Shown here in pieces: positions 47,528 through 59,600 of a stretch of 64,000 nt of DNA. The notes beneath the pieces are model-generated. The model was not told where the DNA came from. It did not search any database and worked only from the letters and a program-made list of their open reading frames with translations. The position numbers were made by a program, and so were the translations under genes. Numbering within the stretch: the stretch's first letter is position 1; each line of letters opens with the position of its first letter. The DNA is taken from the NCBI GenBank assembly GCA_905178155.1, contig CAJINV010000007.1, positions 404,020 through 468,019 on the forward strand. Direction: 5' to 3'. The stretch is from Amoebophrya sp. A120 (Eukaryota > Protista > Dinoflagellata).

Positions 47528-49611
47528 GATGTTGTCCTTAGGGTGCGTAGTGTAGGGGTCCCGTGGAGGTTTATTCTGAACTCGATTCAGAAATTGCGAC
47601 AGGCTTGCAGGGGTAAGATACGCGACAAAAGTCGTGCGGGGGCGATCGTAGTTTTGTGAATAGGGAGGTAGTTAGTTCAGATTTCTAAGTACCCTGTAGT
47701 CAAGCAAGAGGTTTATGGAGTGAATAAATGAAAAAAGAGCTTGAACGAAAAGGCGCAAAACGAACTTGAACGAAACGTGCGAAGAAGTACGAGGTGGAGA
47801 GTGAGTGTGAGCCTGACTTGGACGAGCGAACTAAGACGAACCGAGTTGGATGCTTGAAAACCAACCGAGCATCAGCAAGCACACCATTCTTGGTCGGCTT
47901 CTGTGTGGTGCGCGAACTTGCGAGTGGACGACAGGGATTTGTACGCAGAACCGAAAATAAAACAGATACACGACCTGGGCCTAGCGATCATTTTGCACGC
48001 CGGCGAGAAACGAGGGTATGTATGTTTACGGAAAACTCAAACACGAACTAAGTTGCACCGAAGCTTCGATTGGATAAATTGAGCCGATATGTTAAATCGA
48101 AGCAGGAAACACGCCTGGAGAGATAAATCGAATCCGACCAACACCGAGGCTTAAAGTGAACGCCTTTTTTATTGCTTAAGCAGAAAAGTAGATCATTTTT
48201 CCTCCGAGGCCGTTCATTCCGGGTCCGCTTCGGAAGGGCAGGCGGGAACATCCACTCACCCTTCGCGGGAGAATGTGTCCGTGAAACCACGGAACGTTTA
48301 TCGCCTGTGGGAATCGTAGTTGCTCCGGCGGAGCTCCGGAGCGGTTTCGATATACCGCTCGCGCAAATTACGCGACGGGCTACGGAAGGACTTTTCCTAG
48401 GGCCGCACACAATAAGATCACGTAGCGGCGCCTCCACTAAAGCAAAGGCACAAGGAGCTAGAACTCGCGCCCTGCGCCGGTGCGTCCCGCCGCTTTGAGC
48501 CGAGAAGGCGAAGGGGAGGCACTCCAAGATGCCACGCGCCGCCTCGTTTGCTTCGGTTTGGCGCTATTTTTTTCGCGTCGCCGCTTTCGTCGAACCCCCA
48601 TCGGCACACGTCAAATCAGACGCGACTACATCGGCTCGCGCAGATTGAAAGAGGGCCCAAAACCGCGCGACCGGGGGACCGCGTGCGGCGCTTCTCCGCA
48701 CGCCCCCGGCCATTTTTTTCCGTGCCACCGCGGCGCGAATTTCTTCCGAAACAATCGCCGGTGGACCACGTGCCACCAGGTCGGCTTTCGTGCTGGGCGC
48801 TGGTTTGGCCGCCTGCACTCCTTTCGCGCACGGAGCCCTGGTGGTTTTCTCCGCGCGTCCTAGGAGCCGTTTTTTCAGCTCTTTTCAAAATTTTCGAAGC
48901 GGCCCCCGTTGACCCAGGTGCAGCTGAAGTGGAACCCCTCTATCGGACTGAGAGGGGGCCTAGAACTGCTGGTCATTGGCCCCATTGAGTGCCTCCGTGG
49001 ACGGCCCCCCATAGATTTTTTCTGGTCTTCCCAGGTGCGGAGTTTTGGAATTTTCCAGCACATCCATAAACGGGCCATGTCCGGATAAATCGACTCTTTC
49101 GGAGTGGTTTATGCTTCAGCACCGCATTGAATGCGACGCAAATGGCCCCTTGTTGGATACTCACATCTTGGCTTTTTCTATGCAGCCACTTCATACGTTT
49201 TCCCAATTTTACGAGAGTTTCAAGTATATGAAAAACAGGCCATGGGAGAAGTCTTGTTTCTCTTATCATTTGACTACGTGACCTCATGTTTATGCTTTTC
49301 GTCATTTATAACACATAAGATCTCTGAAATTGTGCAATTTTTTGCATAATTTCAATAAGTGCATTTCTGAGGTTTTCGAAGCATGTCCAAAAACGCCCCA
49401 AATTTAAGGGATTTCTGATTTAGGAAAATAAACAGAAATACCATAGTTGCACGGTGCTTAATGTTCCAGGCCTTTTCTACGGGTCAAGCTTGCAAAATTG
49501 CGCGAAATGCACCACGTTCGTTTTTTTGAATTTTTTTCAATTTTTTTGTAGCGGCAAAAGTTGCTAATGTATCAAATAAATTGTGGCAATATAGTTACAA
49601 AATGACTTAAG

Positions 49612-50009
49612 TAACAATGCTGGCATTGGTTGTGTAGGCGCATGTTAACAATGCTGGCATTGGTTGCGCAAACGCATTACATGCGCCTACACAACCAATG
49701 CCAAGCTTGTGGGCCATCCTTCGTTTGGAGCGTAGCGCTAGCGTAGACAGAGAGGCACTAGTACTAGAGTAGTAGCCAGGGGGAGAGAGGAAGAGAGTAA
49801 GCGACATAGGCACCAGAGGGATGCTCGTTGGTTGATGGTGTCGATGGTTCTCGACGAGTCAGGGACTCCATGCGGATTCAGGGAATACTTGTTGACTTCT
49901 CACTGTAGGTTGGCTCTAGATCTCTACCGGTGTCGAGGAGTGCGATCCTCGTGGTTCGACGTACCTGCCGACCTCGGAGTGTGTGTTCCCAGGTCGTAGC
50001 TATTCAACA
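49612..50009 (+). repeat. 5' LTR with rearranged left end
   Basis: 49698-50009 aligns with 57875-58186 (3 mismatches seen in 312 nt); ends in CAACA. Confidence 0.93.
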
Positions 50010-50025
50010 TGGTGCCGTAACTCCG
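50010..50025 (+). promoter_or_regulatory. Primer-binding site, tRNA-His-like
   Basis: TGGTGCCGTAACTCCG directly follows the LTR and resembles the tRNA-His PBS TGGTGCCGTGACTCGG. Confidence 0.7.
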
Positions 50026-50336
50026 CTGATAGCATCGGGGTCCGATCTCTTTTTGCGGTCTTCGCGGCGCTGTTTGGGCTTCGTCGCGGCGGCTAGTGCC
50101 GGTCCTCCAGTGTTCTTCCTCTCCCTCACGCGCTTCGCGATCATAGCAGCAGTGATCGAAGCTGCCGCACGACCATCCGCTTCGCGTTCTCGGCGTCCGA
50201 CCAGATTGCAAGCGCGGGAAGCACTTTATCACGGTTTGTAGCCAGTTTGGCGGTGTTGAGGGCCCCAGCGCCCGTTTTCCGACTACTTACCGGGGGAACG
50301 AACCTGCTCCACCTTCTCCCCGACCTGATTCCGGAG

Positions 50337-51620
50337 ATGGCAAAGAAGCGAAAAGGAAGTAAGGGCCGGGATACCGAGGGGGATAGCGATATTTCCTGCA
50401 TCGCCCCGGCGGACAGCAACGCGATGGCAGCAATCGCGGCTCTAACAGCGCAGGTTACGAAGCTGGCGGAAACAGTTACGAAAACGCAGCAGGAGCAGGC
50501 GGACCAGATTAAGAAGTTGCAAACGGGCACCACGCCCGGGGCGACGATCTTCTCCGCGGGCGCCTCTTCTTCTTCCTCCGCGGCGGCGAGCTCCACGGAT
50601 TCTACAACGGGTGAAGAGGAGCCGGACAACGAGAAGTCCATGCTTGCAGCCCTGCAAGCGTGGAATGGTTTCGTGGAGCCGCAGGCGGGTCGCGTGCTGA
50701 GCTCGCAGGAGCAGATCCAGGCGGAAGCCTTGGCGACCGCGATCCCCATCTTCGACCCCGCCAAGCAGAGCATCCAGAAGTTCCTGCCGAAGCTTGCCAC
50801 GTGGTGCAAGCTGATGAACGGGCTGAACTTCAGCGAGGCGGTGTTGTTCGACCAGATCCGCATGCGGACCTTCGTCGCGGACCAGTGGCGGGAGGATCTG
50901 GTAGCGGGGTGCGAGGGGGAAAAGCGCTTGATCCTTATGGCGAAGGCGCTGATCGAGGACCAGGCCGGGAGTGCGAACACGATCCTGGGGGCGAAAACCC
51001 GGGCAATTTTGCGCATCCAGCGGAAGAGGAACGAAAAGGTCAGCAAATTCTGCGCGGCAAGGAAGATGGACTTTCAGGAGCTGCAGAAGATGCGGGCCCC
51101 GCTGAATACGCTGGTCGCGGGCGGCGCGATCTTGGACAATGTGCTGATCGACGACTTCACGCTGCGGCTGGTGAAGTCACAGGTCCGGCAGAATACCACG
51201 GTGACCCGCGTGATCGCAGCCTTGTGCGACATCTGCCCCAACGAAACGAAAACTTACGAGCAGAAACCGCAGGGCGATGCGGAGGAGCGTGCGGGCGGCG
51301 CGCTCTTGACTCTCCCAACGGACTTCGAACAGGGCGGCAGCGACCTGCTTTGCGAGGAGCAGCAGGAATACACGGGCGCGGAGTGGCGCGCCTGGTACAA
51401 CGCGGTCAGCAGTAGCATGGCGCTTTTGGCGAACCAGGACAACAGCGGGGGAAACAGGTGCTACTACGGGTCCAATTGCCATTTCTTTTTGAAGAATGGC
51501 AAGTGCAGCAAGCAGCATACCCCGCAAGAAATTACGGAGTTAAAGAAGAAGCGGGAGCAGCGGCTGAAGAACATTGCGGAAGGCAAAGGGGCGAACGGTG
51601 GACCCCGCCGCCCCCCGTGA
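50337..51620 (+). CDS. gag: Gag-like protein, about 427 aa, with a C-terminal CCCH-type zinc finger
   Basis: First ORF after the PBS; coiled-coil N-terminus; CYYGSNCHFFLKNGKCSKQH. Confidence 0.8.
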   Translation: MAKKRKGSKGRDTEGDSDISCIAPADSNAMAAIAALTAQVTKLAETVTKTQQEQADQIKKLQTGTTPGATIFSAGASSSSSAAASSTDSTTGEEEPDNEKSMLAALQAWNGFVEPQAGRVLSSQEQIQAEALATAIPIFDPAKQSIQKFLPKLATWCKLMNGLNFSEAVLFDQIRMRTFVADQWREDLVAGCEGEKRLILMAKALIEDQAGSANTILGAKTRAILRIQRKRNEKVSKFCAARKMDFQELQKMRAPLNTLVAGGAILDNVLIDDFTLRLVKSQVRQNTTVTRVIAALCDICPNETKTYEQKPQGDAEERAGGALLTLPTDFEQGGSDLLCEEQQEYTGAEWRAWYNAVSSSMALLANQDNSGGNRCYYGSNCHFFLKNGKCSKQHTPQEITELKKKREQRLKNIAEGKGANGGPRRPP

Positions 51621-54600
51621 CTATCCTACAACGAAAATTCGGGCACGGCTGCAAAGGGCGGCGCAGCTGTTGCCAATTTCCCAGTCCGCACGGCGGTGCG
51701 GCAATCTCCCGGTTCAGGCGGTGAACCTTTTGTACCAAAAGCGCTACCCTCTTCCACCCAGAATCTCGACACGACTAGCACTACCAGATGCGGCGACCGC
51801 ACTTTGCGGGCCGCAGGGACATCTTTTTGTACTACGACTTCGGGTTCCGGATCCAGCATTTTGCAGACCGAGAACACCGGAGCCATCACTGCAGCAACGA
51901 GCTGCAGTGGCACTGACAAGGGCGAACAGGGACCTCCAAGGTGCTCTGATTTTCATGCAACGAAACCCCATGGCACTTCTACACTTTTATCCCCTGAAAA
52001 ACAACAGGAAACTACGAACGGGGGCGAGAAGCGGGAAAAGGTGGACTTGGTCTACTACAACGCGGACAGCGCGGCGGACAACGAGCGGAGGGCCATGGCC
52101 TGCTTCGACACGGGGGCGACTTCTTTGGTGTTTCCGCAGAGACGGGCGGACGCCATCCGGGCGGAAATAGACGGCTCCGCGCCCAAGACCAACTTCGAAA
52201 CGGCCAAAGGGAACATCGTGGACAGCGGCAGCAGCTACATCGCGATGCGATTTCGCAAGAAACAGGGCGGCTGGACGCCCTGGCGGGCCGGGTTCTGGAA
52301 GATCTTGCCGGGCGACTTCCATCCGCTGGTGGGCAGGTCCTTCCACAAGGCGCTGGGCTACAAGCATTCGACCGCCGACGGGGTTGACAATTTGGTGCTC
52401 GCCGGGGACGATTTGGAAGTTGACGGGGAGGGAATTCTGTTGGTGGAAACAGAATTCAGACCGGCGACCGCGGCGGAGGAAAAGTTTTGCTGCTTTTTCG
52501 CAGAGCAAAGCAAGGCGCTTTTGACGGCGGGGAAACTACTTCTTGCGGGACCACGACCGGAATCCCTCGAAGAGTTGATGGACCTCTACCCGTCTGTTTC
52601 GCGGGAACGAAAAGAATTTTTGGTGAAGCTGCACCACAACGGCGGGCACTTCAGCACCTTGGCGGAAAAAGTAAAAGACAAATTGGAACGAGAATTCTAC
52701 GAAGGCATAGCCAAGTTTGATCTTTGTCATGAATGCGCTGCGTTTTCGAAGGTGCGTGAAGTTCTTTGGCCAGTGGGCTTCAGCCAATTTTCATCCCGGC
52801 CGCGGCTGCTGTGGGGCGGGGACAGCGTCAACACGGCGATGGGGATCGTCTACCACTCCTACGATTTCGGGTCCACCAAGCGCAGCCTCCACCTGATCGA
52901 CCACCACCTTCCGGACAAGTTCGGCGCGGATTCCGCCAAGCCTCCGCCACAGGTTCCGGCCGCAATCCTGAAGTTCAAAACCAAGGCGGGCGGCTTCCCG
53001 CGCTTTTTCCTGTTCGACCCCAAGACCGATAATTTGAACAAAATTTCGGAAGATTTTTTGGCAGATAACGACATCCAGGGAATCCCGGTGCCGTACGCTT
53101 CCCCTTGGGTCCTGGGGAAGGAGGAGCGGGCGCACACGAAGTTTTCTTCGTCCTTGAATAAGGTGCTCCTCGTCACTGGCGCGACTAAGGTCCAGCTCCT
53201 GGAGCAGATAGTGGGGATGCGGAACGTCGGGCAAGCGATCAAGCAGCTGGTGGACGTAATCTACAACTCCAAGAAGCTCGACGCGGACCAGTTTGAGCTG
53301 AAGGACGGAGCGGGTTTTGGAGTATACCGAGGGGCTTTTGAACAACTGCCCCGGCGTGCGGGCAACGGTTTACTCCGCGGACAACATCCACTACGGGCAC
53401 TGCGAGGAATACGACGGCGCGCAGACCGTCAACACCCTCCACCAGATGCAGAAATCGCTCGACGACCAGAAAAAGATGTCGGTCGCAACACACGGGCGGG
53501 AGCTGATGGACCGCCTTCGGCGCTTCAACAAGGGTTACAAGCTCAGTAGGTCGCTGACGGATTTGAAGTAGCTGCAGCGCGGGGACATGGTGCGCATCCT
53601 TCGCGCCCATGGCAAGACATCGGAGTTTTGGCACGCGGGGAAACAGAACTGGCGCCAGACCGGTGCCTGCGTCGGGGTCGACCTGGTTCGGCAGGAAGCA
53701 CTTGTACGGCCCACCGGCAGCAACAAAGTCATGGCCCTCCGGCCCGCACAGGTGAAAAAGTTTGTATTCACCACCCAGGACATCGGCCCGGCTAGTGTTC
53801 CAATCTCCGAGTACATGGCCGCGCCCTTCGATTTCCGGCCGCTTCCGGGAATCATCGAACCAAGGCCGGAGGACAGCAAGGAGAAACAAACGCCTGCGGC
53901 GGCACCGCAGGGGGACGACAAACAACAAGCTCCGCGTTCTATCCCGAAGAAGATCGCCAAGGAACAGAAGCCAAAAACCAAGCCGAAAACTTCCGTTCTC
54001 CAGCCCCGACCTCCCGCTCCACGACAACCTCCTGCACCGCAGCAACATCCTGCTCCACCCCTACCACCCGTCCCTCCGCCGCCTGTCCTACCTCTTGTCG
54101 AACCTGGCGTTCTGCACGAGAGTGCCAACGTCCCAGAACCGGCAGCAGGTGGAGCTCCGGGGCAAACGACGTCGCAGGTGGAAAGAGAAATTTTTGGGTC
54201 GCCGATCGAGCTGGAGGAAACTGCGGATAGGCCGGCGAAGCAGCGACGATTGAGCCTTGCGAACGGTCGGGCTTTTCTCGTGCAAGGGCGCACAGCCAGC
54301 TACACGAACATCGACGACCGCGGCGCAGCTTTTTGCACTTTCAACCTCGGCGGGACGGGACAAGCTGCGGAGGCGAAGTTGACGGAGGAAGCACAGCAGT
54401 TTTTGGACCAAACATACTCCGGCCGGGTTCGGCTGGTGGACGACGAAAGCGGGCACGCGTACCTGGAGGAGGTCAGCGGGCTACCGGATGAGCCGCTTCT
54501 GCTCAGCAAGGAAAGCCTGAAGGAACAGCTGCTCGGGGTGGGATCTGATGTTTCATTTCTCCGCGAGCTCATCGCCAAGCGGGGCAGGCAGACGGTGTTC

Positions 54601-56796
54601 AGGTCGGCGCACATGGATCCGATCATTACCGAGCTAAATACGCTTTTGAACGGCCGGCCGGTCCTGCCGTCGGCGTCGGGTTTTGACGGGGCGGCCTACG
54701 TGGTGGAGTGCAAGGCCTTCCGGCCGGGCTGCCGGGTGCCTTCGGCTTTGGAACGATACGACCTGGGGTTCCAGTTTGGCCCCAAGTGCGCTTTCCAGTT
54801 TTTCGACCCGCAGGTAGATGGCGCGGACCCGGCCAACCACCACCTCTTCCTGAAACTGGAGCAGCCAAAGACCGTCGACCTGCGGGAGCTGACCCCGAAC
54901 GGCTCCAGTGTGGAGCTAACGTTGGTGCAGATCGAGCGCTACAACCTCTGGCATTTGATCGATTCTGCACGGGCTTCGGAGGTCAGCGGGGTGCTGAGGC
55001 TGGGGGTCTTTGACCTGGACGACCAGCGGGACGAGCGGCCGCAGGAACCGGGGACCTCGGTGGTCAGCAGCCGCATAGTGTTCACCCTCAAGTTTGCGGA
55101 GGGTGAATTTCGAAAGGCGAAGATGCGGTGGTGCGCGAAGGGCTTCCAAGATTCTAGGTTGCAGCGGGGGACGCTGGAGAAGCGCTGCCACACCCTCGCG
55201 GACAGTAGTTTTTTGGTGATTCTGCACTGGCTCGCCAAGCGGGGCCACTACTGTCACCTGGTAGACATAAGCCAGGCCTTTTTGCGGGGCGACCCGCTTA
55301 CCGATCCCGTGTTTTTGGAAATCCCGGAGGCCTTGCGGGGCAACCCGCTCTTCAACCTCACCGGGAGGTTTGTCAGGCTGCGGCGGACGCTTTACGGCCT
55401 CGCCGACGCTCCGCTGAAGTGGCAGAAAAGTTTGTTTGCCTCGCTCCGCGAGGCAGGGTGGGTGCAAGACATCAGCGATCCGTGCCTTTGGTTCCACCAC
55501 AAAAAGCAGACCAGCAGCGAACAGGAGGGAACAGACGAAAAGCAGCAACAGGAAGAGCAACCAGCACCAGCAGCAGCGGCGGAAGACCACGACGGGCCGG
55601 ACGACGTACGGCGGAACAACAACCCGCTGCTGAGCACGACAATAGACGACCCGTTGATCTCCGAGGAGGAGATCGACGGAGTCTTGGGCTGCCACGTGGA
55701 CGACCTTATTTACGGCGGCTCGGCCGCCGCCCACGAGTCGCTGGAACAGGTCTTCAACAAGTACCCCCCGGGCTCCCGCACTGTTCTCCTGGAGGACAAG
55801 CTGGACACCTTCTGCGGCCGGACAGTTAAATGCGTTGCGGACGAGAGCGCAGGGGCAGCAACAAGAGTAACGGGGGAGCAGCAGTGGGAAAAGAAAGAGG
55901 GCGGGGCGCTCGTGGCGCGCGCGATCGCGGACTCCGCGATCGGTTTTGAGGTTGGGCAGCAAAGTTTCATCGAGGCAATGAAGCTCATCTCCGATGAAGA
56001 CGCCTCGAAGTTTTTGAGCAACAGGAAAACGAACAAGAACCCGCTGCGGCGGGCGGTCGGGGAGCTGATGTGGACCACCAAAACTTCGCTTTGCTTCACC
56101 GCCTCCACCTGCATAGCGGCCGGGAAAATCGACGACGAAGCGGAGGAAGACGAATTTTTGATGCAGGTCAGCGAAGTCAACGAGCTGATCCGGACCATCA
56201 AAACTTTCTCCGCGGACATGATCCGCATCAGGCCAACGAGCAGCAGCGACGACCTGCTTTTGGGCTTGGTCGACGCAAGCCTAGTGCCACGGCTGGGGGC
56301 AATGGTTTGCTTGGTGAACAAACGGCAGCCGACGGGGCAGCCGGGGGACGAAAAATTGCTCTACAACTTGGTCGGGTTTTACTCTAGCAAGCCCGCGCGG
56401 GTCTTTTCAAGCTCCACCTCCGCGGAGCTGTTGGCGATCCGGCTCATCATTTCGGAATTGTTGTATTTCCGAAATGTCTGCGTCGCGGCAGGGCTCATTT
56501 CCCGCCACCAGCCCCTGGTGGTGCTCACGGACAGCAACAACATCGTGCAGAGCTCCACCAACCAGTTGATCCGCTGCCCCACCGAGCGGAATTTGCGCGC
56601 GGACTATTTTTACCTCCAGAGACTTTTGAACGACGGCGACCTGCAGCTTTCGCACATCAAAGGAATGTGGAACCCCAGCGACATCATGACGAAAGAACAC
56701 GAAAAATCCAACCTGGAGATGGTGCGGCGATTTCTGCAGGAGAACGAGACCGGCTTCGACCTTCCTGCTGAGGCAAAATCCATTTTGGAGCCGTAG
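51621..56796 (+). pseudogene. pol: Pol polyprotein (PR-INT-RT-RNase H) with one frameshift near 53303 and one in-frame TAG (53569-53571)
   Basis: PR FDTGA; INT LHHNGGH..CHEC, WGGD, KEERAH; RT VDISQAFL, LYGLADAP, HVDD; RH VDAS, STSAELLA, LTDS, NPSDIMTK. Confidence 0.88.
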
Positions 56797-57820
56797 GGCG
56801 CTCCTTGTCGTAATTTTTTTTTTTCTGTTTTTCACAGTATGCAAATCTTCGCTCTACCAGCGGGACCTCTTGTTTTTCGCAACATATGTCCCGGATATCC
56901 TACAAAAAGCGCGCACTCAGCATTACAAACCACGTTTCCACATGTATGATTTCAAGTACAAAACCGCTCCTGCCATACTGTTTCCAAGAATTATACTTTT
57001 ATCTTCGTGCGCAATTTCATTTTTCGTTACGGTGCTTATGCCAGGCTGGCTGAACACCATGTGCAAAAGTCCAGCCTGCTGACTTCGCCCACCAACCGAG
57101 ACTAGCAGCGGGGCGACGTCTGTAGTAGGTATGTTTCGCACTACTGTAAGATGCTTATTTTTTCGGTTTCTCTTTGCTGTAGAATGTCTTCCAGAAAATA
57201 CCTTTTTCGGTTTCGCATTTGCAACTCTATCCGTTTCGCCGTGGAGTTCCCGCGGACACTCCGCAAAAATATTTTTCGACATCTGTGTGCAATTTCTATT
57301 TTCACCAAATGCAACAACGTTCTTTCCAAATCTGTCATGCTGTTTCTACCTTTTTGTTCGTTTCGCTCTTTCATGAAGTATTTTACAACTCACTACGGAA
57401 AAACTATCCTAGATTCGCTATACAAATTCCTACTTGTAAGATGTCCGCGCTGTCAGCACTCGCTCTAAAAATATCGTTTTGTTGGTTTCTCATTTCTATT
57501 TTCTCTTCCTGTACTTTTGTAAAAAATACGCTTCTCGCATTACAAGCTACCTGCGTGTTTATCTTGGTTTCCTGTTTTTGGTTTTACGAGCTGGATATCT
57601 TTCGTGGGCACTGGCAGGGTGCAGTGTAGAAGTTAAATCTTCAGTGTTGGTAGCCTCAAGAGTGAAAGCGGTCGGAGTTAAAAACAGCCTAAGCGGCGAC
57701 CGAAGGTCTTCCTCCCCCCTGGCAGTAGTACAAATTCAGTTTCCTGCCTGTATTTCTTCCTTCTTCTTCTTTCTTTTTATCTTTCTGTACGGGCTAAGAC
57801 CTCTTTTTAGAATAACGGGG

Positions 57821-58186
57821 TGTAACAATGCTGGCATTGGTTGTGTAGGCGCATGTAATGCGCTTGCGCGCCACATGCCAAGCTTGTGGGCCATCCTTCG
57901 TTTGGAGCGTAGCGCTAGCGTAGACAGAGAGGCACTAGTACTAGAGTAGTAGCCAGGGGGAGAGAGGAAGAGAGTAAGCGACAGAGGCACCAGAGGGATG
58001 CTCGTTGGTTGATGGTGTCGATGGTTCTCGACGAGTCAGGGACCCCATGCGGATTCAGGGAATACTTGTTGACTTCTCACTGTAGGTTGGCTCTAGATCT
58101 CTACCGGTGTCGAGGAGTGCGATCCTCGTGGTTCGACGTACCTGCCGACCTCGGAGTGTGTGTTCCCAGGTCGTAGCTCTTCAACA
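57821..58186 (+). repeat. 3' LTR (TG...CA, 366 bp)
   Basis: TGTAACAATG...TCAACA, preceded by AGAATAACGGGG. Confidence 0.95.
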
Positions 58187-58755
58187 TTAAGTACTCGATA
58201 CTGCACTTTATTATGAGTGTTCCTTTGAGCTTTATTAAACATTTTTTATATTGTAATAATATTGCATTGTGAAAAAATTCTTCTGAGCGGTCAAAAATGC
58301 CCAAAATAGACGTAATACTCTTTGCATAAGTACTAAAAAACCTCAGATGGTAAAAATGGCATCTACTGGGAGCATTGTGACTCCTGTAGTATTGGTTTTC
58401 GCTTCATTTTTTGCCACCTCAATTTTTTCAGATTTTTTGAAAATTCTAAGGCGATGCATTTTGATCCCAGTGCCGGAAGTTATGGCTTTAGAGGATACAT
58501 AGAGGCTGCATATGAAGCCAATTTTACCGCGTGCGCCGCTTTTCTTTGCAGATTTTACGCGATTTTCTCCGCAATCCCAAAAGTGATGACCTTGGAAAAT
58601 CTGTAAAAGAGCCCACCCCCCGCAATGTGGGACGTCACCAGCTTCTATAGTGTAAAAGGCGTCCAACGACCGCATCTATTTACCCCTGTTTGCCACTTTC
58701 TACGGCGGCGCTTGTGCATTTTTTTCTGTGGAATCCCCCCTGCATGCGCGCGCGC

Positions 58756-58756
<1 letters not shown>

Positions 58757-58794
<38 letters not shown>
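58757..58794. repeat. Poly-C run, about 38 nt
   Basis: Directly visible; length may be unreliable. Confidence 0.9.
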
Positions 58795-59600
58795 TTACCG
58801 GCCAAGATCCCGCCGGGCCTTTCCGGACCTCCTGGCGGCGCCCGGCCCACGACTGCACCCTTGTCCCCACGGTCGGGCGCAGCGCAATCCGCCCGCGCGC
58901 ACGGAAGAAAACCGCTTGCAAACCGTGCGGACTCTTCCGCGGGCCGCCCTCTTTTGCCAGTTTGTCCGCGTTAGCGATCCGTACCGCCGCCGCGTGCAGC
59001 CGCCCGTACCCGAAAGGAGAGGCTGAAACCCCATAGAGCTTCCGGGCCAGCTGGCTCTACCGGCGTTAGTGCTTAGCGCATACGTTTAGGCCTCCTGCAA
59101 CACAACGCTACCGCTTGCCTAGAGCATGTCAAAATCGGCCTCCCCCCCCTCCCCTTGTGCGTTATTTCCCGCGTTCGCGGGTGCGCCACCCTCGATTTTT
59201 TTTTTTTATGCAACCCGAGCCGAACTGGAAGGGGCATGCTCTTCATTGCTTTCGGGAGGACGCCTTACAAGAGAGCCGTGTTTAATATGCTTTTTGCTCG
59301 TGAGGATGCAAGCTGCAGCTAGCGGCTGCACGAGATAGATAAATCATGGTAGCCCTTCCACGATACTTGAACGAAAAAAAAACGCACAGCAGCTTATCGC
59401 GGAGCAACACTAATTTTCAAACACCAGGCCCCTTTCCCCGCCCCTTTCCTGCAAACCCAGATGTTCACGCTTAATTGACGTAGCTCGTAGCATCATTTGT
59501 TCATCAAAGTTGTAGGTTTACAAAAACACCGCTCGATGAAGAGTCATACTCTCACACTTTTTCACCTGTTTTATTCTAGCTGTTCGATCTTCTTACAGTG

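Larger units (their letters stand above)
49612..58186 (+). mobile_element. Ty1/copia-type LTR retrotransposon, about 8.6 kb
   Basis: Two LTRs, TTAAG on both flanks (49607-49611 and 58187-58191), PBS, purine-rich tract before the 3' LTR, and domain order gag-PR-INT-RT-RH. Confidence 0.95.

Noticed and set aside
50141-56321. Long antisense ORFs within the retrotransposon
   Set aside because: Shadow ORFs expected opposite GC-rich coding sequence.
48480-59100. A larger DNA transposon hosting the LTR element
   Set aside because: The flanks look repeat-like, but I found no convincing TIR pair or TSD.
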